Below, in pieces: positions 58,941 to 64,000 of a stretch of DNA of 64,000 bases (positions within the stretch are counted from its first letter, which is position 1; each line of letters starts with the position of its first letter). Below the pieces are notes generated by a model. That model was not told the origin of the DNA, did no database searches, and worked only from the letters and a program-made list of their open reading frames with translations. Where the stretch lies: NCBI RefSeq assembly GCF_009914755.1, contig NC_060941.1; one strand, 5' to 3'. Source of the DNA: the human T2T-CHM13v2.0 reference genome, Homo sapiens. The position numbers and the translations under genes were made by a program.

Positions 58941-59613
58941 CAGATGATCCCTAACTTATGATGGTTTGATTTTTTTGACTTCATAATGGTGCAAAAGTGA
59001 TACACATTCAGTAAAGACCATACTTCAAGTACCCATAAAACCATTCTGTTTTTCATTTTCAGAATGGTATTCGATAAATTACAGGAGATATTTAACACTT
59101 CAGTATAAAATAGGCTTTATGTTAGATGATTTTGACCAACTGTAGGCTAATGCAAATGTTCTAAACATGTTCAAGGTAGGCTAGGCTGAGCTACGATGTT
59201 TGGTAGGTTAAGTGTATTAAATACCTTTTTGACTTACAATAGTTTCAACTTATGATGGGTTTATCAGGCTGTAACCCCATTGTAGGCCAGGCACAGTGGT
59301 TCACACCTATAATTCCAGAGCTTTGGGAGACCTAGGCAGACAGATGACTTGAGCCCAGGAGTTCAAGACCAGCCTGGGTAACATGGCAAAAATCCCACCT
59401 TTACAAAAAATAGAAAAAATTAGCCAGGCACGGTTGCATGCTGTAGTCCCAGCTACTCAGGAAGCTGAGGTGAGAGAATCACTTGAGCCTGGGGAGGTCA
59501 AGACTGCAGTGAGCTATGGTTGTGCCACTGCACTCCAGTTTGGGTGACAGAGTGAGACCCTGTCTCAAAAAAAAAAAAAATACACAACCCCTTTGCAAGT
59601 CAAGAAGCATCTG
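58941..59613 (-). mobile_element. MER47A-like Tigger-family DNA transposon, split by Alu
   Basis: Termini CAGATGATCCCTAACTTA / AAGTCAAGAAGCATCTG; internal 'aggtaggctaggctgagcta'. Confidence 0.8.
59285..59580 (+). mobile_element. Alu (AluJb-like)
   Basis: Full Alu; degenerate TSD AACCCC(A/T)TTG(T/C)A. Confidence 0.93.
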
Positions 59614-60899
59614 CATTTAAATTGTAGCTCCCAGAGTTACCATCTGGCTGGATTGGAGAAAAGGGCACTATTCAGATAAAATAATAGGTGTCTACTACAA
59701 AGTTTGGATGCTGAAGGGAAGCATCTGGGAGACAGGACAAGGATGAAGATTCAAAAGAGTAAAAAGATAATTTCAGAGATCAATGTCCCTGTGAGGGTGA
59801 AAAAAGACAGGACTCACGATAGGGTAGGCAGAATTAGCCTAATAGAGGAGGATAAGCCCCCATCTCCTATTGCAACAGGAAGGAAGAAAGAATGGATAAA
59901 GATGCGGTCTTTAGATGTGCCAGAGGAAGTGGGAGTTCAGGTCTGCAGGGTATTTCTCTGGGAAGCAGGAAGGTGATGCAGGAGACAGGGAGTAGGCTAG
60001 TAATAAAAGATTAGTGAAAAGGCTAAGAAAGAGACATTACACAAAATAAGAGAGAGAGAGAGCAGTCTAGGGAAGCACAGAAGTAACGTCCATAAATTTG
60101 AAGATCTGAGTGAGATTAGCAATTATACACTTATTTGTACCCATCTGTGCAGTAGTAGTATTTTCTCCAGCAAGTCTCGGCAGCCCCAATATTGGATCTG
60201 TAGGGACAAATTAAGATGAGCCATTTGATAGTTCCAGGACTGGGGTTTTGCCAGGTGACGGTCCCTGAAGGTCAGCGGAACAAGGCAGTTTAAGACTGGG
60301 AAGACAGGGATACAATGGAGCTTGGACTGAGAGTTGTGGGTCTGAAGGAAGAAGAAGCAGTATGAGAACAATAAAATAGAATGGCATTCTGGGAGATAAC
60401 CAAGAACACAGGGGATGTGAAGCGTAAGTTACTGCAAGGTTTCCGAGACAGTTAATCCCAGCAGTGCCCAGGTGGACAGGGGTCACTTAGGACTCTTAGG
60501 AGTTGGCTGCACACTGGATTAATGGGGTTTCTGATATTTTTCTTGATTAGAAATATGCAGTTATTCCTCAAAGTCTTTATATGTAGATACTTTATACACT
60601 TTAAGGGGCTCTCTTTCGCTCTCTTTCTCTTTCTCTCCCCCACTCCTCATCTGTTCCTATAAAATGCCTGCATTCTTTCTCAGCAAAGGTGATCTACCCC
60701 AACCAGACAAAGCTGTGTGCCATTTCCAAGATGTTGCTGGCACTCGAACTTTCACTCAAGGTGTCTTACATACCTTCTCCTCACTCTCATTCAGAATGTG
60801 CTTCCACATTCTATGCGCTCAGACTTCAAAATCTCACCAACTTCAACATCCAGGTAAGTATCCAATTTCTTCTAGGAAAGTCTCTAAGATTCTACCTAA

Positions 60900-61284
<385 letters not shown>

Positions 61285-62084
61285 TACGTCTATTTCTCTT
61301 TAAGGACAGGAATTCCTCTTAAATTCAAGTTTTAAGCCAAAATATGTGTGAGTGTAGCTGGAGCCTAAGAAAGACTATTGACTTAAAGTACACAGCCAGC
61401 CAAACATGCAGACAACCATCTTTTTATTCTAAAGCTTACATACCACACTGAGTATCCATAAAGAACAAACTCCGACGACTAAGGAAAAAATAGAGAAGTG
61501 TGCTTATACAAAATGTATTCAAAGCTGCACAATAACCTGCCAAATTAGTAATGGAATGTCAAATGAATCAAATGGAAAGCATAATACTGACTACTAGCCT
61601 TATGTTTATTAGTCACTAAATCATCATGTATTCTATCTGGCATGCTAAGAAAATCCAAAGTCACCAAGCTTTATTTTCCCCTATCTTAAGGAGAATAGAA
61701 GAGATGGAAATAAAGGAGGCAAGAATGGTTTACAGATCCAGCTGAAACCGAATGGAAGGAAAGGCAGTGGATTTCATCAAGATCCTACAGACAAGGTGTA
61801 AGATCTGTAATTTCGAAAGGACATATACACAAACTCATTCAGCCACATTCCAGTCTAGAATTAACATGAAGAAAATCTATTAACAATGGTAAAGCTTTTT
61901 TCCTCTCCAAATGAATATGGCAATACCCATTCTGGAGAACTCTTATTCTCTGTTGAAATAACACCACTTTTCTATATGGCCATCTAGCAATAAATATAAA
62001 AATGGTTAATTTGCATACATTTGACTTCTTGACTTCTTATTTTACTTCTAGGAATCTATATTAAGAAAAAAGATAAATATATTT

Positions 62085-62115
<31 letters not shown>

Positions 62116-62315
62116 ATATACACATACATACACACACAAGGATATTTATCAGCATAATGATAACCTTATTAACAAAAAACTAGTATCAGCTCACCAGTAA
62201 ATTTATTAAATATTCTATTATATGTAACACAACAAGTAACATATAAATACATGTATAAAACATATACTGATAAGTGACAAAAGCAAGTTTAAGAACAGTA
62301 TTAGGCTGTTCTTAA

Positions 62316-62543
62316 TATGTATATATCATGTATGTGTATATATAATATATAATATGTATATATCATATATGATATATATATCATATGTATATATTATAAT
62401 ATGCATATGTATATATTATATAATATGTATATGTATATATTATATGTGTATATATATTATATATAGTATATATGTGTATATATACTATATATAATATGTA
62501 TATATGTGTATATATATTATATATAATATGTATATATATAATA
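62316..62543. repeat. Interrupted (TA)n/(TATG)n simple repeat
   Basis: About 230 bp, almost entirely TA/TG dinucleotides. Confidence 0.9.
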
Positions 62544-62545
62544 CG

Positions 62546-62828
62546 TGGCTCATAACTGTAATCCTAGCACTTTGAGAGGCTGAGACAGGAGGATCACTTG
62601 AGGCCAGGAGTTCAGACCAGCCTGGGGAACATAGCAAGACTATGTCTCTGTAAAACATCTTCTAAAAATTAGCTGGGCATGGTGGCACATGCCTGTTGTC
62701 CCAGTTACTACAGAGTTACTAAGGCAGGAGGATTGGTTGAGCCCAGGAACTTGAGGCTGCAGTGAGCTATGATCACGCCACTGCACTCCAGCCTGGATGA
62801 CAGGGCAAGACCCTATCTCTAAAAAAAC
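62546..62828 (+). mobile_element. Alu (AluJ-like)
   Basis: Alu whose first ~10 nt are missing, abutting the TA repeat. Confidence 0.9.
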
Positions 62829-63709
62829 AATGTATAATGTAATATAGTTTTATAAAAATAAATTTTAAAGTAATACTGATGTGCATGTACCATATAATAA
62901 TGTCAAATGGGGTATGACTTCTGGGAGACTTTCTCTTTATAAATCTTGTGTTTATGAAACACTTGAGTTAGGAATTTTGTATAACTTTGTATTATATTCA
63001 TAATTAGAAATGTATAGATATTTTAAAGTAGATGTATATCTATTGACACGTAAAATGTCAACAGTACACCTTTTAAATGAAAAAAATGCAGCTTAAGGCA
63101 ACATATTCACGTTTCTAAAAAGTTACACACATACCAAAGGAAAAAAAAAAAATCTGGAAGGCTACACCAAAACATTGTCGATGGCTATTCTGGGTGGTGA
63201 GATTTTTGTGTGATTTTTGCTTTCCTCTTTGTAACTTTCTATTTTGACTCCCTTTTTAAAAAAATTAAGACCACATACTATTTTTATAAATGAAGTTTTC
63301 ACTTAAAAACTTCGTCTTCAATTTTCACTAGTAAACCTTTTTAATAACTAAAAAGGTTCAACAATACTGACTTTAATTATGCTTCCTCTCCCTATTCACT
63401 CAATAGCCTCTAGGTTTACCCCTGCCTAAAGAATCAGCAGTAGAACAGGAGAAGTAATAGGACTGAGATTATCAACAAAAAGTGGTTGGTTTCAGCTTTG
63501 CTACGAAAAAAAGATAGAATGCCATAATATTGATAATGTCATTTTATATTTTCAACTGATGATTTCCAAAGAGGTTTTACAACTACAATCATATTTGGTT
63601 CTCAAGTCTATGAAGATGGCAGGGAAGTATAATTCCCCCTTATAAGATAAACAGTCTCAGTTAGAAGAGGTAGAGGGATGTATCCAGGTTCTTGAATTGG
63701 GGAGTGACA

Positions 63710-63893
63710 GCGTTGTCCTGCATAGTTCAATACAGTAGCCACGAGCCACATGTGGCTATTAAACTTAAATTAAAGGGAAATAAAAATGCAGTTCCTCAGT
63801 TGCACTGGCCACATTTTAAGGGCCCAATTGCCACAGGTGGCTCGTGGCTACTGCTTTGGATAGTACGGTACAGAATATTTCCATCATCACAGA
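63710..63893. mobile_element. MER3-like hAT-Charlie DNA transposon
   Basis: 'gtagccacgagccacatgtggcta' ... 'gccacaggtggctcgtggctac' internal inverted symmetry. Confidence 0.75.
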
Positions 63894-64000
63894 ACTGATG
63901 TGATTCCCACTCCAAGGACATTTTCCACTCCTGTGGTGGCTTTCTACACCCTTGCTTTGCCCACTTAAAGTAAAGGAAAATATTATTTGAGCATCTTACT

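Overview
Primate genomic DNA, almost certainly human because it carries a consensus-identical AluYa5. It is AT-rich and dense in interspersed repeats: about 27 Alu elements, L1, L2, MIR, MaLR/ERV1 LTRs and Tigger/Charlie DNA transposons, plus a Y1 RNA pseudogene. I recognise no protein-coding exon, and the supplied ORFs are mostly repeat-derived or chance. The window is probably a large intron or intergenic region; LTR orientation and a few splice-site pairs weakly suggest a minus-strand host transcript. The standout is a 469-bp, extremely CpG-rich fragment of ribosomal DNA (3' ETS plus the first two Sal-box Pol I terminators) at 40501-40969. It sits inside the 3' UTR of a TSD-flanked L1PA element, right after the L1 G-rich tract, replacing about 12 nt of L1. 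The window also holds other templated-insertion scars: a local 120-bp copy in the tip of a 43-bp-arm palindrome (11064-11283), a 175-bp copy in a TA tract (41489-41662) and a patchwork of short inverted snippets (38707-38760). Repeat subfamily names and rDNA/L1 comparisons are from recalled consensus sequences, not from a database search.
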